DNA from: Psilocybe cubensis
Taxonomy: Eukaryota
Assembly: GCA_017499595.2 (NCBI GenBank)
Contig: CM039003.1
Span: 744,001-808,000, forward strand
Direction of reading: 5' to 3'
Length of the DNA: 64,000 nt
Shown here: positions 1 through 14,263 of the stretch, piece after piece
Layout of the letters: each line of letters opens with the position of its first letter
How positions within the stretch are numbered: position 1 is the first letter of the stretch
Notes under the pieces: generated by a model
What the model was told of the DNA's origin: nothing
Databases searched by the model: none
Seen by the model: only the letters and a program-made list of their open reading frames with translations
Program-made: the position numbers and the translations under genes

Positions 1-344
1 TGTTGCTCATCGTTGAAATTCTCATCATCCACCCCCCGAGAGCGGTTCCCCCAGAAAGGTGGATAGTCGTCGGCAAGAGACGGTTCGGAGATATGTCGCG
101 GGTACTCGACTGAGCTGTTATTATGATTTTTGCGTTGATGCTGCCTACTGGATCTCTGAGTCCTGTGCTGTCCATCTTGTCGTCGTTGGTGTTCGTACTC
201 GCGCTCGTCGTCGCTAGTCGTCGAGAGCCGAAACGAGAGCTCCGTGTTCTGGAGATTATGTTCAAGTTGGATACGGTTGTTTTCGAGCTCGTCTCCGTGG
301 ATGCTGATGTCAAAGACAGTCCCTTTGGATTGTCTCTTCATCAT
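1..344 (-). CDS. 5' part of a hypothetical protein running off the window (MMKRQSKGTVFDISIHGDELENNRIQLEHNLQNTELSFRLS...)
   Basis: Manual translation: ATG at 344 and an open frame to position 1. Divergent from BMS1. No function assigned. Confidence 0.7.
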   Translation of the reverse strand, partial: MMKRQSKGTVFDISIHGDELENNRIQLEHNLQNTELSFRLSTTSDDEREYEHQRRQDGQHRTQRSSRQHQRKNHNNSSVEYPRHISEPSLADDYPPFWGNRSRGVDDENFNDEQ

Positions 345-526
345 TGGTATCGCCGAGTAAGTTAAGAACGAAGTCAAGTTCAAAGTTCAGGCGAAGTGGC
401 AGATCAACAAATCAAACGCGCGCATCACGTGGTGCGTGTAAACCCCAATTTCAGGTTTATTAGTTTTTTTCGTCGACTACTATTTGCCAATTTTACCATA
501 TTTCTGATTTCTGAATCGTTCTTGTC
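345..526. promoter_or_regulatory. Short putative bidirectional promoter between the minus-strand gene and BMS1
   Basis: Only 182 bp between two head-to-head start codons (344 and 527). Contains CGCGCGC and a CACGTG element. Confidence 0.45.
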
Positions 527-3500
527 ATGGACGACAGACCACACAAAGCACATCGGCCTGCGCAGTCAGGAAACAAACACGAAAAGAAGGAGAAAGGAAA
601 GGGAAAGCAGAAACAGCACGGTTTCAATGAAAAAGTATTCATTTTTCAGCAAAACATTCACCTCTGGCTTATCGTTGTCTTTTAAATTTAGGCATTCGCA
701 CCCAAGTCGGGGCGCAGAGCGGACAGACAGGGTCGCCGCAACGTCGAGCGGGACCAGACCAGACTCCATGTACCATTGGTGAACCGTACACCAGACGACG
801 ACCCGCCCCCGGTCATCATTGCCATCGTTGGGCCTTCCGGTGTCGGCAAAACCACACTGCTCAAGAGTCTCGTACGGCGGTACTCCAAACAGACGCTGAA
901 CGAGGCAAAGGGGCCTATCACCATTGTCAGCGGCAAGAAGCGCAGACTGACGTTTATCGAATGCAACAATGACCTCAACAGTATGATTGATATTGGCAAG
1001 ATTGCCGATTTGGTGCTGCTCATGGTCGATGGTTCTTTCGGGTTTGAAATGGTGCGCAACATCATATTATAATTTTATATAGCTACTAATGCATTACGCA
1101 GGAAACATTCGAGTTTCTCAACATCCTCCAGTCGCACGGTTTCCCCAAAGTCATAGGCATCCTCACCCATCTCGACCTCATCAAAAAAGCCCAAACGCTC
1201 AAAGACACCAAAAAAGCTCTCAAAAAGCGCTTCTGGACCGAGATCTACCAGGGCGCAAAGCTCTTCTACCTCTCCGGCGTGCTCAACGGGCGCTACCCCG
1301 ACACCGAGATCATGAACCTCTCGCGGTTCATCTCCGTGATGAAGTTCCGCCCCCTCGTCTTCCGCAACACCCACCCATACCTCCTCGCAGACCGCCTCGA
1401 GGACCTGACACCGCGCGAGGAAGTGCGCAGCTCCAAAGGCAAATGCGATCGCACTGTAACAGTGTACGGATACGTGCGCGGCACGAATCTGCGTCTGGGC
1501 ACCAAAGTGCACATTCCCGGCGTAGGCGACCTCGAGATGAGCGGGGTGACGGTGCTGGGTGATCCATGCCCGCTGCCAACGGCCGAGTCGGAGAAGAAGC
1601 GCAAGCTGAGCGAGAAGAAGAAGCTGCTGATACACGCGCCGATGAGCGATGTGGGCGGGGTGATGTACGACAAGGATGCGGTGTGGGTGAATGTTCCGGG
1701 GAGCTTTACCAGAGGGAATACGGACGTGCCTCAAGGCGAAGGAGAGCAAATGGTCATGGACCTCCAAGACGTCAACCAGACTCTCGAAGACCGCGTCGCG
1801 CAGAGCAGCATCCGACTCTTTGGCACATCCTCACAGGCCCTCAGGGTCGACCCAACATCCTCAGCCTCTGACGACGAAGATGAAGACGACTTTGACGTTT
1901 CCGGGTCGGAAGAGGAAGACGAGTCCGGCATCGACTCGGAAGATGACGACGAAGAAGAGGGTGAAGACGAAGACGAAGAAATTCCCCGCAATGCGCAAAA
2001 CACTGGCCGCCAGGGCCGTCGCACTGTCACACGCAGCTTACCCTCGTCCGTCAAAGAGCGAACAGACATCCAGTACGCAGAATCCGATTCGGACCTCGGC
2101 GAGGACGAAGACCAGTTCACGTCGCGGCGCGTGCGGATGGACGATGAGGAAGGGGACCACGACATACCTAGCGATGAGGACGACGAGGATGAGGAGGCGG
2201 AAGAAGATGACGACGAGGAATCGATTCCGAAATGGAAATCCAACCTCTCCTCGCGCGCGCAACAGCTCGCCGAAAACTCCAGAAAACCGAAACGGAAAGA
2301 CTGGACGAAGCTCATCTACACGTCTACGCTCACACCCGACGAGATCCTGCACGGGCAGAAACAAACAGAGGTCGATGAAGACGAGGATGATTTTTTCCAG
2401 GTGAAAAAGAAGGCTGCGGACGAGGAAGATGCGGAGGCGCTGGATAAGAGCAAAGAGCCAGTGGATGTCGAGGCACTTAAGAAGTGGGAGGACGAGGAGA
2501 TGTTGGATTCAATACGACGGTTGTTCATTACTGGCGGGGACACCGTGGGCGAAGATGATGAGGGAACGTTCCAAGACGAGGAGGGGGGCTTCGGTGCCGA
2601 AGACGAAGACGGGGAAGGCGGCGGCGGCGAAGATGAGGAAGGTGATGAAGCAGGCCCCTCACACTCCAAACCCAAAGATGGGAAGCTCTCTCGCGCCGAA
2701 GCACTCGCACGCAAAAAAGAGATCCTGAAGCGCAAATTCGACGAACAATACGACGACCCCGAAAGCGCCAAAACCGACTTCTACACCGAGAAAAAGGACG
2801 AAATGGCGCAGCAGCTCGCGTTGAACCGCGCCGAGTTTGAGGGTGTCGACGCTGAAGCTCGCGCGCTCGTTGAGGGTTTCCGCCCGGGCCAATACGTGCG
2901 CGTCGAGCTGCGCAATGTGCCGTGCGAGATGATAAACAACTTCGACCCCACGTTCCCCATCGTCGTCGGCGGCCTGCTTCCCGCGGAGGAGAGATTCGGG
3001 ATCGTGCAGGTGCGCATCAAGCGGCACAGATGGTTCACACGCACGCTCAAGACGAACGACCCGCTCATCTTCAGTTTGGGGTGGAGAAGGTTCCAAAGTA
3101 TCCCAATTTACTCCCTGGACGACCATTCGATTCGTATGCGCATGCTCAAGTACACACCGGAGCATATGCATTGTTACGCGACCTTCTATGGACCCGTGAC
3201 GCTCCCAAACACTGGTTTTTGCGCGTTCAATTCGCTCGGCGCTGATACACCAGGCTTCAGGGTGTCTGCAACGGGCGTGGTGCTGGACATCGACCGCTCG
3301 GCAAAGATTGTGAAAAAGATCAAGCTGACGGGCACGGCGTACAAGATCTTCAGGAACACTGCATTCATAAAGGATATGTTCACGACGGCTCTGGAGGTAG
3401 CCAAGTTTGAGGGCGCGAATATCAGGACGGTGTCTGGAATCAGAGGGCAGATTAAAAAGGCTCTACCGAAGCCCGATGGTGCATTCCGTGCGACGTTTGA

Positions 3501-4136
3501 AGATAAGATTCTCAAGAGCGGTAAGTAATTCTTCCCAGTTATGAAAATTCTTGTGCTGATTTTCCAATAGACATCATCTTCCTGCGCGCATGGTACTCCA
3601 TTCAACCCCGTAAATTCTACAATCCCGTTACCTCCCTCCTACTATCCGAAAAGTCCTCCTGGACAGGTATGCGCCTGACTGGACAAATCCGCCGAGATGA
3701 GGGTCTCAAAACTCCTCTCAACGTCAACTCGACGTACAAAAAGGTCGAGCGCGCGCCGCGTCGCTTCAACCCGCTCATTGTACCGAAGAAGCTGCAGGCG
3801 GCATTGCCTTATGCATCCAAGCCCAAGCTGATGAAGCCACAGAAACATATGACGTACCTCCAAAAACGCGCGGTGGTGATGGAGCCTGAGGAGAAGAAGG
3901 CGCTGGCGCTGATGCAGCAGATCCGCGCGCTGCGCAAGGACCAGGTTGCGCGTCGGCATGAGAAGAAAGAGGAGAAGAAAGCCGAGAGGGCGAAGAAGTT
4001 GGAGAAGGAGGAGGCCAAGAAAGCGGAGAAGGAGAAAGAAAAGAAGAAGGATGTGATGCGTATTGCAGGCCAGCGGAGTAAGCGCGAGGCAGAGATGCAG
4101 GAGGGCGGCGGACGGGGCAAGAGACGGAAGACGTGA
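527..4136 (+). CDS. BMS1: Ribosome biogenesis GTPase Bms1; exons 527-634, 692-1051, 1102-3520, 3571-4136
   Basis: P-loop [31 protein letters not shown], acidic middle region, [38 protein letters not shown] introns join the exons in frame. Confidence 0.96.
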
Positions 4137-4336
4137 TGTTTTTTTATTCTTCCTCCTTTCTCCTTGGTTTCATTTCCTTTTGCATTGCTCTTGTACTATC
4201 CATGCTGCTTACAATCTAATTCCCTCTTTCATTGGAAACTTGTGCATACATTCTTGTTAAAATTACAATCAGACCTTGTTAGTCGACTGAAATAAGTTAT
4301 TGTAATAATTAAGTGGAAAGAAATATCACGTCCGAG

Positions 4337-5520
4337 CTAGCGAACGTGCATCCAGTCATCCTCTGGCAAATGCCCTAGTTCCTGCAAGGTAATCGCGCCC
4401 GTCTCGGGATTCCGAGTAAATTCATATCCGACCTTTTCTACCAGCACCAGCCGCTTCAGTGTCGACAAGGCAGTAAATATTCTGCGGGCGGCAGACATCC
4501 TCCCTAGGGGAGTGCGGAGCTCGAGATATGCGCTAATTTTCAGGTCTCTGCCTGTGGTATCGCATGCGCGAGTTGGCGTGCGAAGAATGAGCGTCTCAAT
4601 CTTGTTGAGACGGATTGGAAAGGGTAAAAACGGTACATGGTATGTCTCCAACTGCTTCGTACGTCAGACAAATTCATCAAGGAATAGAACAAACGTACTC
4701 TTGTGGAATTATCCACGATCCGGAGATACTTGATATCAGGTAGTTGCGATGCAACACAGGCCGTGAGCACGGCGAGGTCGAGCCCATGTCTGCTACTCCT
4801 GCGCCTAATGCTCAAGCTCTTCAACGACGAACTAAACTGCGTCAACGCCACAAATGTGGCCAACTCCTCCACATCCGTAGAATCCTCCAAATGGAACTGA
4901 AGCCTCTTGATCTTCCTCGGGTGCCAACTCGGCATGCTGAACTCCTGCACCACTCCAGCGGAGCAGTCCAGCGTGGTCAGCAGCGGCAACGGCGCATCAC
5001 AGATCTCCGCCAGGTCCTTGCACTTGAGCACGAGCGTCGTGATACCCGGCTGCGACTTGAGGAACCCAACCAACATCTGTGGCTGGAAGTACGAGTTGGT
5101 GAACTTGCGCAATTTGAATTTGTGTCCATCAAGGATCCACCATTGGACTGCATCTCCGTACTTTCCAATTGGGCCGTGATAGAAGTCTTTCAGGACGTTG
5201 AGCTCTTTGAGGTTCACAGAGAGGCGTAGGGCGGTCACGATCCGCGCGAGGTCGTCAGCTTCAAGATTGAGCTGGGGAGGAAGCCGCAAAGTGAGCGACT
5301 TGGTCCGAAGAGCGAGATATGGTCTTCGGGCGACAGAAAGGCAGTAAGACTTGATACGGCGCGTGTCCCGGAGGCGAACAGAGGTGTAGAGCAGCCGCTC
5401 AGCCTCAGCGCGGAAGTTATGGGAAACGAAACAAAGATTGTGCAAATCAGCGTTGTCGAGAGCTGGGTCCTGACAAATGATCCCGCAGAGCTCTTGAGGT
5501 AGGATTACCGGGCCCGACAT
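4337..5520 (-). CDS. F-box-like / LRR-like hypothetical protein; exons 5520-4699 and 4651-4337
   Basis: N-terminal LPQELCGIIC...LHNLCFVSHNFRAEAERLLY F-box-like motif. Intron GTACGT..CAG (4698-4652) joins two ORFs in frame. Confidence 0.75.
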
Positions 5521-7336
5521 TGTGTGCAAATTTATATGCTGACTCGGTAGGTCGTATAGGACCTTGTAGGTGGACGTTTCTCAAAGGCTTCGACCTTTGT
5601 CGTCAGCCGATGCTCGTAATTCGTGCGTCCTAGAGTGTTAGCTTTCAAAAACCAGAGAAATGGAGATGGGAGATGGTGGTGGCATTGGCTCAAACGCGCA
5701 ATCAAGCAGGTTGCCTGATTTTATTAAAAAATCAAATCCCGACTCCGCCATCATCTTGTCTCTTGCCGCCACCCCACTACTTATTGTCAACGTCTGCATT
5801 GCTCGCTAGACTTATCTTTAGCTGTTAGGATCTTATGCAAATATCGCGTTGTACACGGTCGAATCAGGATACCACGGTGGTCATCGGCCTTACGGAAATT
5901 TTGGTTGTGTCTTTTGTTCCAGGTTGGTAACTTCTTTTGTTAGTTGTTACTCACTGGCTGGCATTGCATCCATGGTCCGAAAGTGATAGTCTTGAGGATC
6001 TTATAGAAGCGGACCAACAGCCGTGACATTAGAGCACTCAGAAATATTTCCTAGTTTGCGATACTTTCTTTTTCCTGAATAACAGAAGACTTTGACATAC
6101 CGTATGCAGGTCTTTTTTAGAGCAGAAGCAGGATTCCGCTCAGTGTCTTGTTTCCCTCCTACAGAAATGGATTTGAACATGGGCGGGATTTTCAGGGAGT
6201 ACCAGTACTGACATCGACTCGTCCTGCAAATAGTTTGGGATCGGACCCTTGCTTCTTGTCGACCCTGCTGCAGATCTCCTCCTCAAACGGTCTAGAACGC
6301 AACAAAACGTCATATAGTACCAGGTTCCTAGTGCTCTTAAAAAGGGGCCGCCACGTTAATCGGGGCCGGACAAACATGGCCAACTTCTGTCGGAAAACAT
6401 ATAAAAGCCTCCCATTCTTCCGATCGTTCTTTCTTCCTCACCATCACCCACCATCATCGGAAGTCACCACACCACTATCACTTCAAGACATACCTATACC
6501 CCACCCCCGTCTGATGGAACTTCACTTGTGCCGTTTTGAGCATCTTTTGAGATACTCATCTACTTCTGCCACACTTCTGCCACTCTGGCGTTGTGACCGC
6601 AGTACAATATTCTGGCGTTCGTTCAGGCGACGGGGCGGGATTTTGCTGGCTCCTTGCGGCGCACACTCGTGTCTCTTTTACCTTTTCCTCACCTCGCCTT
6701 GAACAGCCTTGCCAAGCTATGGTTTTGCAGTGGCTTCCTCGAATCATTCGCCGCTCTTCGTGATGAATATCTCGCCGACGGTTGTCAGCCACCTTACTGG
6801 ACATACGGAAATGCGCTGTAGAGGCAAGACTCAAAAGCATGTTTTATTCCTCTGACTTCCATTCGCCGACACCTGTGCCTTTCTCATGACAAAACCCTCA
6901 TCACACTGCCAACCGCCCTTTGTCCTCTCCAGGCTCTCCTGTTTCACTTTATCTATGCCTTATGTCACTGTTAATGCCGAGATTACCGGTGGAATCTTCG
7001 CGTGCATCTGTTGTGCAAAAAGTCTTCATAGACTGCATGCTACTTCGGTGCATATGGCGCAGTTCCGTATTGTCCCGGCATTATAATGGCAAAGTGAATC
7101 ATGTTGGCGCCTACACTAAGCAATTTGTCCGACATGCAATTCCTCATCCTGCTCTCCAACATTTAAGGAAGCAGATGCTGCTCATCCGGACTACCTGACC
7201 CAATCCTAAACCACATCGCACCAATATATTGCCCGGTCCCTATTTCAGACTTACCCTTTTCCACTGACAGTGATGGGGTACACTTCCAACCCAAATTTGC
7301 CTAACTCCATTATATGCACCAAAAGCTGAGGCTCAA

Positions 7337-7433
7337 CCCACAATTGAACAAGCTAGAGATCCATTCATAATCAGGAGTCAAAAATCCCACAATTGAACAG
7401 GCTTCAAATCCATTCACAATCAAGAGTCAAAAT
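7337..7433. repeat. Diverged two-copy tandem duplication of ~49 bp
   Basis: CCCACAATTGAACA...ATCCATTCA.AATCA.GAGTCAAAA occurs at 7337 and 7386. Confidence 0.7.
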
Positions 7434-7609
7434 GTGGAACTCAACACCTTCATTTACACTGTACTGGGATACATCATCAACTAATCTAACATGTATTGCG
7501 TCAACAATATGGACTTGCATCCCGTTGCATATTCCTAATGCTGCCTAACAGTGAACATATGGCGATTCTGAGAACTTTCAAGGACGTACTTCGGAAAAGA
7601 AAGACACAT

Positions 7610-8332
7610 TCAAGCCCCAGGATGCATTTTTGCCCACAATACAGGATCCATATGGTCTGGCCTCACTTTATTGTACTGGTCAAAGTATGCCACAAATGGT
7701 TCTAGGTCTTCTTCCAAGACTGCATCGTTGTATTCGTTAAAATAAGTATGGTCCTTCGAGCGCAGCCCAAAAATATTTCCACACCACACGTGCCCAGCTT
7801 TACCCCCTGTCATGTTCACAATGCACCGGTTTAGAGGGAGTCTGTTGATTATAGAGTTGTCATCGTAAAAAAAGCAAAGAGTGCGTCCAAGATCTGGCCC
7901 GTTGATCCCCATATTGTTAAAATAGTCGGCCTTGACAAACGAATCTGGGTGTTTGAACCAAACATTGCGCTGAAGCTTTTGCCAAGAGATTCCATCCTCC
8001 TCATCTATAACATCCTCGAAGGGAATCTTAACAAGACGCGGTCTCCGTTCATTAACAGGAAACAGAATGGCAGTGAACGTTTGGTCTCCGGCTGCTTTGA
8101 CCTGGAGACAGTACTCCTTATGCGCACGCCAATCCTGTCAATAAGAAATGGGGTGCCGCATCAGTCACAATTATTCAATGTAGACGGAAATGCTGAAGTT
8201 TCCCGAGTTTAAATCAACCCCTACCTGTTTTTGATGCTCCTTGCTGCAATACCTTGCTGTTTTGCAACTTGAACATTGTTGTACCCCAGGAGCTTCGCAA
8301 ACAATGCAATGATTATAAAGTTCTCCAGCCAT
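7610..8332 (-). CDS. MYND-type zinc finger protein (~210 aa, two exons)
   Basis: Exon 1 (8332-8225) reads MAGELYNHCIVCEAPGVQQCSSCKTARYCSKEHQKQ. It splices to DWRAHKEYC..., completing the MYND pattern, and continues into ORF 7610-7912. Confidence 0.85.
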
Positions 8333-9401
8333 CAAGCTTGATCGGCGTAATACTAGGAAGCCAAGATGAGAGGAAATGTATTCAATATGGAGATACGGAC
8401 GTACAAAGGGTCTTGATACAGCAAGATGGCTATGTTTGCGCAGACGATGGTGAAAGAGAGGGCTCGAAAGACGACGGGCGTTTAAATTTTGATGAAACTA
8501 GAATCAGGCTTGAAAGTTCACCCACGCCACATCTGTTGTTCAAATAACTTTTTTATTAACCTTGCTGGTAACGGCGGTTTATTTTAATCATTTGTTCAGC
8601 ATACGAATTGCAGATTTATTATACCACTGGCTGAACAAAGAATGAGGTGCCTCGTTCACCTGTGTCCCTTTGCAGAATTAAGCGCCGGTGAGTCCAGCCA
8701 AGCTCTCTTTTCATCGATGTGAAATGTTCGCGGATAGCCTTTAGGGTGTTATACGTCTTGTATAACTGGAAGACCTACCAATGCATTTCTGACCTTCGAT
8801 GCACGTCCGAGTCTAGCCTATTGCACTGCACGAGGTTGATCCGCCCGCCAAGAGAACAAAATCCTTGCAAAATACCTTCTCCGAATACCTATCAATTCAA
8901 CCACCAAACTTTACACTTTTAAATACCGTTGGGTATATGCCTGATGTAAAAGAAATAAGAAAAACGAATGTCGTAGAGCACGTAGGAAATTTACGATGCA
9001 CGAATGAGCCAGACAATTTCAAAGAGGAACTGAAGACGCATTAATAAAAATAACCACCAAAAATATTCGAAAGTCGAAAAAAAAAATTTCTTATTATTAG
9101 GGATAGATTGAGATGGGAAGGGGGGAAAGTGCTTAAGCAAGCCCCACATCGGTAAGTTACTACAAGGTATGATAGAGGAGGAGCCGATTGAACAAAGAAA
9201 AAATTGAGCGGGAAGTTTGAATGGGAAAAAACACACGACAACGTGACACACACTTACACCCCCTCATATCGAGGGGAAACAGAGTGTTATCATGGATATG
9301 TCGATTGATGTACATGTCCTTGAGGAAAAGCGACAACACAGCATGGGCCAAGGCAAGCAATAATGTAAAGGGAGGAAAGAGGGAGATAGAATTTAGAATC
9401 T

Positions 9402-12400
9402 TTAACGGTCAGAGAGATCAAAGGCGGCGTTGATGAACGCTTCAATCTCCTTCTTGTGCTGGGTCTGTAAGATTGAAAAGAGAAGGAGAAACGAAGGAGA
9501 TTAGCCAATGCCAACAGCGAAGATAAGACCAAGAAGACTTGCCTTGCTTCCAGTGGCGACAGAGCTAGTGGGTTCACGTCCTGCATAGAAGGGGTATTTT
9601 CCTTTGTGGTGTTGCGTCTTGCTGGCAGCGGTATAGATGCGAGGGCCGACATAGCTCCATGCTCCGTTGTTCAGAGGTTCTTCCTGTTTATCCGGGAAAA
9701 CAAACAGCAGTCAGAACATATCTCTAAAGCATATATTTAGTAAGAATGTACGGACCTGACACCAGAGGAGGCTGGCGTTGGGGTACTGGTCGAGGTGGGG
9801 AGTGATCTATTTTGTGCGAAGAAATGGCAATGAGTAAGTGATAAAAGGCTAAATACACATAAATATATGCGTACGAGATCGTAAGGGAATGGCGAGAGTT
9901 GTTCAATACGGCTGATAGCGATGTCCTTGATACCTCTCTCTTCACGGGCCTGGACGAGAGCAGCGTAGACTTGACCTGATAAAAAAAACAGACGACATCA
10001 GACATTATATCGAATTAATGAGAAACAGACATTTACCTGTGCAAAGAATGTGGCGCTTGATCTCCTCGGGGGCAACGAGCGAGTCCTGGTTGGGCTCGGG
10101 GATGTAGCGCTGGAAGTGGGTATCACCAGTCATCTCCTCGAGGTTGGAGCGAGCCAAGGGGTGGCGGAGGAGACTCTTGGAGAAGAAGACAATCAACTGA
10201 AAAGCAGAAATTGTTTAGCTATAAGCATTTCTAAATTTCAAGGATGCTGCGTACAGGTTTGCGGAAGTCACGGTGAATTTGACGACGGAGAACGTGGAAC
10301 TGTTGAAAGAAATATCAGAATGGGATGTAAACATGGAAGAGCCGTCAATGCGTACGTAGTTAGCAGGGGTGCTGGACGCATATAATTAGTAAAGCAACAA
10401 ATAATTGAAAAATCAGGACATACGTTGGGTAGACAACCTGCATGTTGCAGTCCTGGTGCTGGCGCTCAATCTTCTCGGGTGAGGGGAAGACATTAGGGTG
10501 GTCATCGCAAAGCTGCAAGAAACGTTCAATCCTTCCACTTGAGTGCTCCGGTCCCTGTCCATCATATCCATGTGGGAGCGAAACAACCAATCCAGTGCGC
10601 TGCAACCATTTCCTCTCACCGGCCGCAATGAACTGATCGATAATGCACTGCGCGTTGTTGGCAAAGTCACCGAACTGCGCCTCCCACATCGTGAGCGAGT
10701 CGGGCGAGACGAGGGAGTATCCGAGTTCGAATCCGAGGGTACCGTATTCCGACAGCGACGAGTTGCAAATGACGAAGCGCGCCTGGCTCGAGCCGAGATC
10801 GTTCAGCGGGACGTACTGTGACTCGTTAACCTGGTCATGGATGACGGCGTGGCGCTGAGAGAACGTGCCACGCTCGACGTCTTGACCAGACACACGGACG
10901 TGGATGCGTTCAAGTGCGAGGGAGCCAAATGCCAGAGCTTCAGCGGTGGACCAGTCGATGTTGGTACCCTCCTCAACAGTCTTTCCACGGGTGCTCAGGA
11001 TACGCGCAAGGTTTTTGTGCGGGGTGAAGCCGGCGGGGTAGGTCGAAATAGCCTTGCCAATGCGCTTGAGTGTATCGATGTCGGCACCGGTAGGGCGGGT
11101 GGGGAGCGTACGTTCAGCGAGTTGTTTGGGCGAGGGGAAGCCTTGCCAGGCAGCAGAGAGCCATTCCTTTGAGGTAGGCACATAGTCCTTGGCGGCGGCG
11201 GCAGCCTTCTCCATCATTCCCCAGACCCATTTCTTGTGCTCCTCAATGTCCTTCTCGGTGAATGTACCACGGCCGACGAGGAATTTGGTGTACTGGGTGA
11301 GAGGCGTCGGCTGCTTCTTGATCGCCTCGTACATGCGAGGTTGGGTGAAGCTCGGCTGATCGGTCTCATTATGTCCGTAACGGCGGTAGCACACGATATC
11401 GATGACGACATCCTTCTTATATTTGGCGCGGTAATCGGCGGCGAGCTGGCAAACGAAGTTAACGGCTTCAACGTTGTCCCCGTTCACGTGGAAGATGGGT
11501 GCGTCGATGGATTTAGCGATGTCGGACGGATACGGGGTCGAGCGAGAGAAGCGGGGGTCAGTGGTGAAGCCGATCTGGTTGTTGACGATCAAGTGAATGG
11601 TTCCTCCGGTGCCGTATGAAGGCAGGTTATGCAGGCCCATAGTCTCGTATACCACACCTTGTCCAGCAAACGCAGCATCTCCGTGAAGAAGAACACCCAT
11701 GGCAGTATTATGCGTGGTTTCATCACCTTCGAAGTGTTGGATAGCTCGAGTTTTGCCGAGAACCACAGGGTCTTCGGCTTCCAAATGAGACGGGTTGGCC
11801 ACCAGAGATAGGGATACCTTTTTGCCGGAAGGGGTCGGACGGACGTAGTTCGCACCCAAATGGTACTTGACATCACCAGCAGGCCAGTCGTCTGCCTCGT
11901 CGCCCTTGAACTCGTTGAGGATAGCCTCGATGGGTTTTCGGATGACGTTGGCCAAGACATTGAGGCGACCACGATGGGGCATGCCAATGGTGATGTGCTT
12001 AACGCCATTATCAACAGATCGGTCGATGAGAGCTTTCATACCGGGGATGAGGGCCTCGCAGCCCTCGAGACCAAAGCGCTTTTCGTTGGGATATTTGCTG
12101 GCGATGAATTTTTCAAACGATTCCGACCAGATGAGACGATCCAAAATCATGCGCTTTTCGTCGACGGTGTAGTTCCAGGGTTTGGGAGTCTCAACGCGCT
12201 CACGGATCCAGTCGCACTGCTCCTTGTCGGGAATGTGGACGTACTGAATACCAACGGCACCGCCTGAGGAAATGGCCATGAATTGTCGATTTTGAGGGAT
12301 GACAAAAAATCTGACTCACAGTAGATACGCTTGCACAATTTGATGATATCCCTCAATTTCATGGTTTTGTTCTCCTCAGTGGCAAAATGTGGCAGAATAC

Positions 12401-12990
12401 CAGGTCCGAGAGTGATTTCTTTGTCCAGATCTCTTTCGGTGAAACCGTAACGACTGAGCTCAAGTTCCGGTGGTTGGACATCCGCCAGGTCAGCATCAAG
12501 AATGCCGAGAGGATCGAGTTCAGCAACGTGATGGCCACGAACTTGGTATGCACGGACGAGGAGTTGAACCTGGGTACGAATGTCAACTACATTCACACCT
12601 AACAATTTTGATGCAACGAAAACGCACCTTGAGATGGTCGTCAAGTTCCGCACCTTGACCGACGTGTAAAGCTGGGGCTCCATCAGCGGGGTGTGGGAGC
12701 GTCGCCGCTGTTGGAGGCGGCTGGAACGCCTGAGCGCTACTTAGGCCCTTGTCGAGTCCCGAAAAGTAGACATTCCATGACGGGTGGACGGATTTTGGAT
12801 CTTGCTTCCAGAGCCGATACATCTCGTCCGCATAGTAGGAGTTGGTGCCATTGGCGAATAGATCGTTGGCGGAAGGGCTTTGAGCGACGGTGCCCTGGGA
12901 GCGGGCGTATTTTCTGGGGGTGATGAGGAGAGGGGCCTTCGTCGCCCGCAACGCTGCGGGGACTCGCCCAACCACTTGCCTCGTCAACAT
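9402..12990 (-). CDS. KGD1: Mitochondrial 2-oxoglutarate dehydrogenase E1 component (multi-exon)
   Basis: Transit-peptide-like N-terminus, [18 protein letters not shown], ThDP motif [39 protein letters not shown]. Spliced C-terminus EEPLNNGAW...[25 protein letters not shown]. Confidence 0.97.
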
Positions 12991-14263
12991 TTTTTGAGGA
13001 AGAAACGCTTGCACAGAATCTATCCAATTTCTCCGTCACCGGTCACATGACCTTTCAATCTCCGCCCGCTTTCTTCCTTCCCCGGCAACCCGGCAATACC
13101 ACAACCGCCCCACTTTGACTCTGTCCTTGACATCGCACTGAAGTCATGTACGACGTTTGAAACTTGTTGAAGTAGTCTCGTGGAGTCTTCCAGACTCCCC
13201 TTCATTAATTTCTGCAGCAAAAGTGTCGAAATCGCACCTTGAATTGTAGCATGGAATCATCCCACTCATCGAAAATATCCCAAACTTGCGGGTGGACGAA
13301 CGAAGGCGGGAGGTGGAAGAGCAGATAGCGTGCTTTCGTAAGTTCTGAAGTGATTTTCCGTCCTGTTGGTGAGTTGGTTCATTTCAATGCTGTTGTTGAT
13401 GGTTTCAGCAAAGGCCTTGAAGATGATCAGACAGGCAAGAAATATTTGGTGCTCAACTCCTTCAACGACAATGGCCACGAAATGGATTTTCGCTTGTGAT
13501 ACACAGAAAAACAATCCGAAGCTTCCACCTTTAGTATATGCGCGAAGAGACTGAACTCGATGGGTGGATTCATGTCTGGCAGTGTTCGAACAATCCCCGA
13601 GTTTCTCTAATTGATGATTGTGTTGTTGTGATAGACACAGGTTTTCGCCATTCATAGGCATCGGAATGAAATTCAATTTGAGCAAAATATATGCGCGAAG
13701 TTTAAGTATCGAATCCAGTGGGATTAGGTATTTCTTCGGATAATTCAAGTTTGCACTTCCAAACTGGCAGCATCGATTCGATACCCACGGCAAGTCCTAT
13801 TTCAGGTCGTCTCAATCACCATGATCATTAACATCACAGTACATCTGAACATCAATCAGAAGATTGCCTCAGTATGTACCTCAGATCATTTTGCACCACC
13901 ATGAAACATATTTCGAACGCAATAGTGATTACCGTCCAATCTCCTAATCTCGCCAGCAACACGGTCGATCGTTCAGCTACCTTCACATCTTGTGGACTCA
14001 TTATCGAGTTTTATTGTCAATATGAGAATTCGAGACAGGAAAAGAGAACTAACAACTTCGGTTTGCTTCCCAGACCACACCCATTTGCATGCTATTTAAA
14101 GTCTGGCTTGAATGATAGGATCGCGTATCACGGAGGCCATAGAAGAACAAACTATTGAAATTCGAATCTGATTGATGCTTGAGCAACAGAAAAGACACAG
14201 TCATCCCCTCCCTGTTCTGTTGGTTCCTCTGCTACCTAGACGATCTGCGCTACAGTTCTCGAA

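Noticed and set aside
9290..9652. 120-aa minus-strand ORF
   Set aside because: Out-of-frame overlap of the last kgd1 exons, intron and 3' UTR.
13266..13793. 175-aa minus-strand ORF, or a possible spliced plus-strand fragment
   Set aside because: No recognisable motif, and I could not build a consistent gene model.
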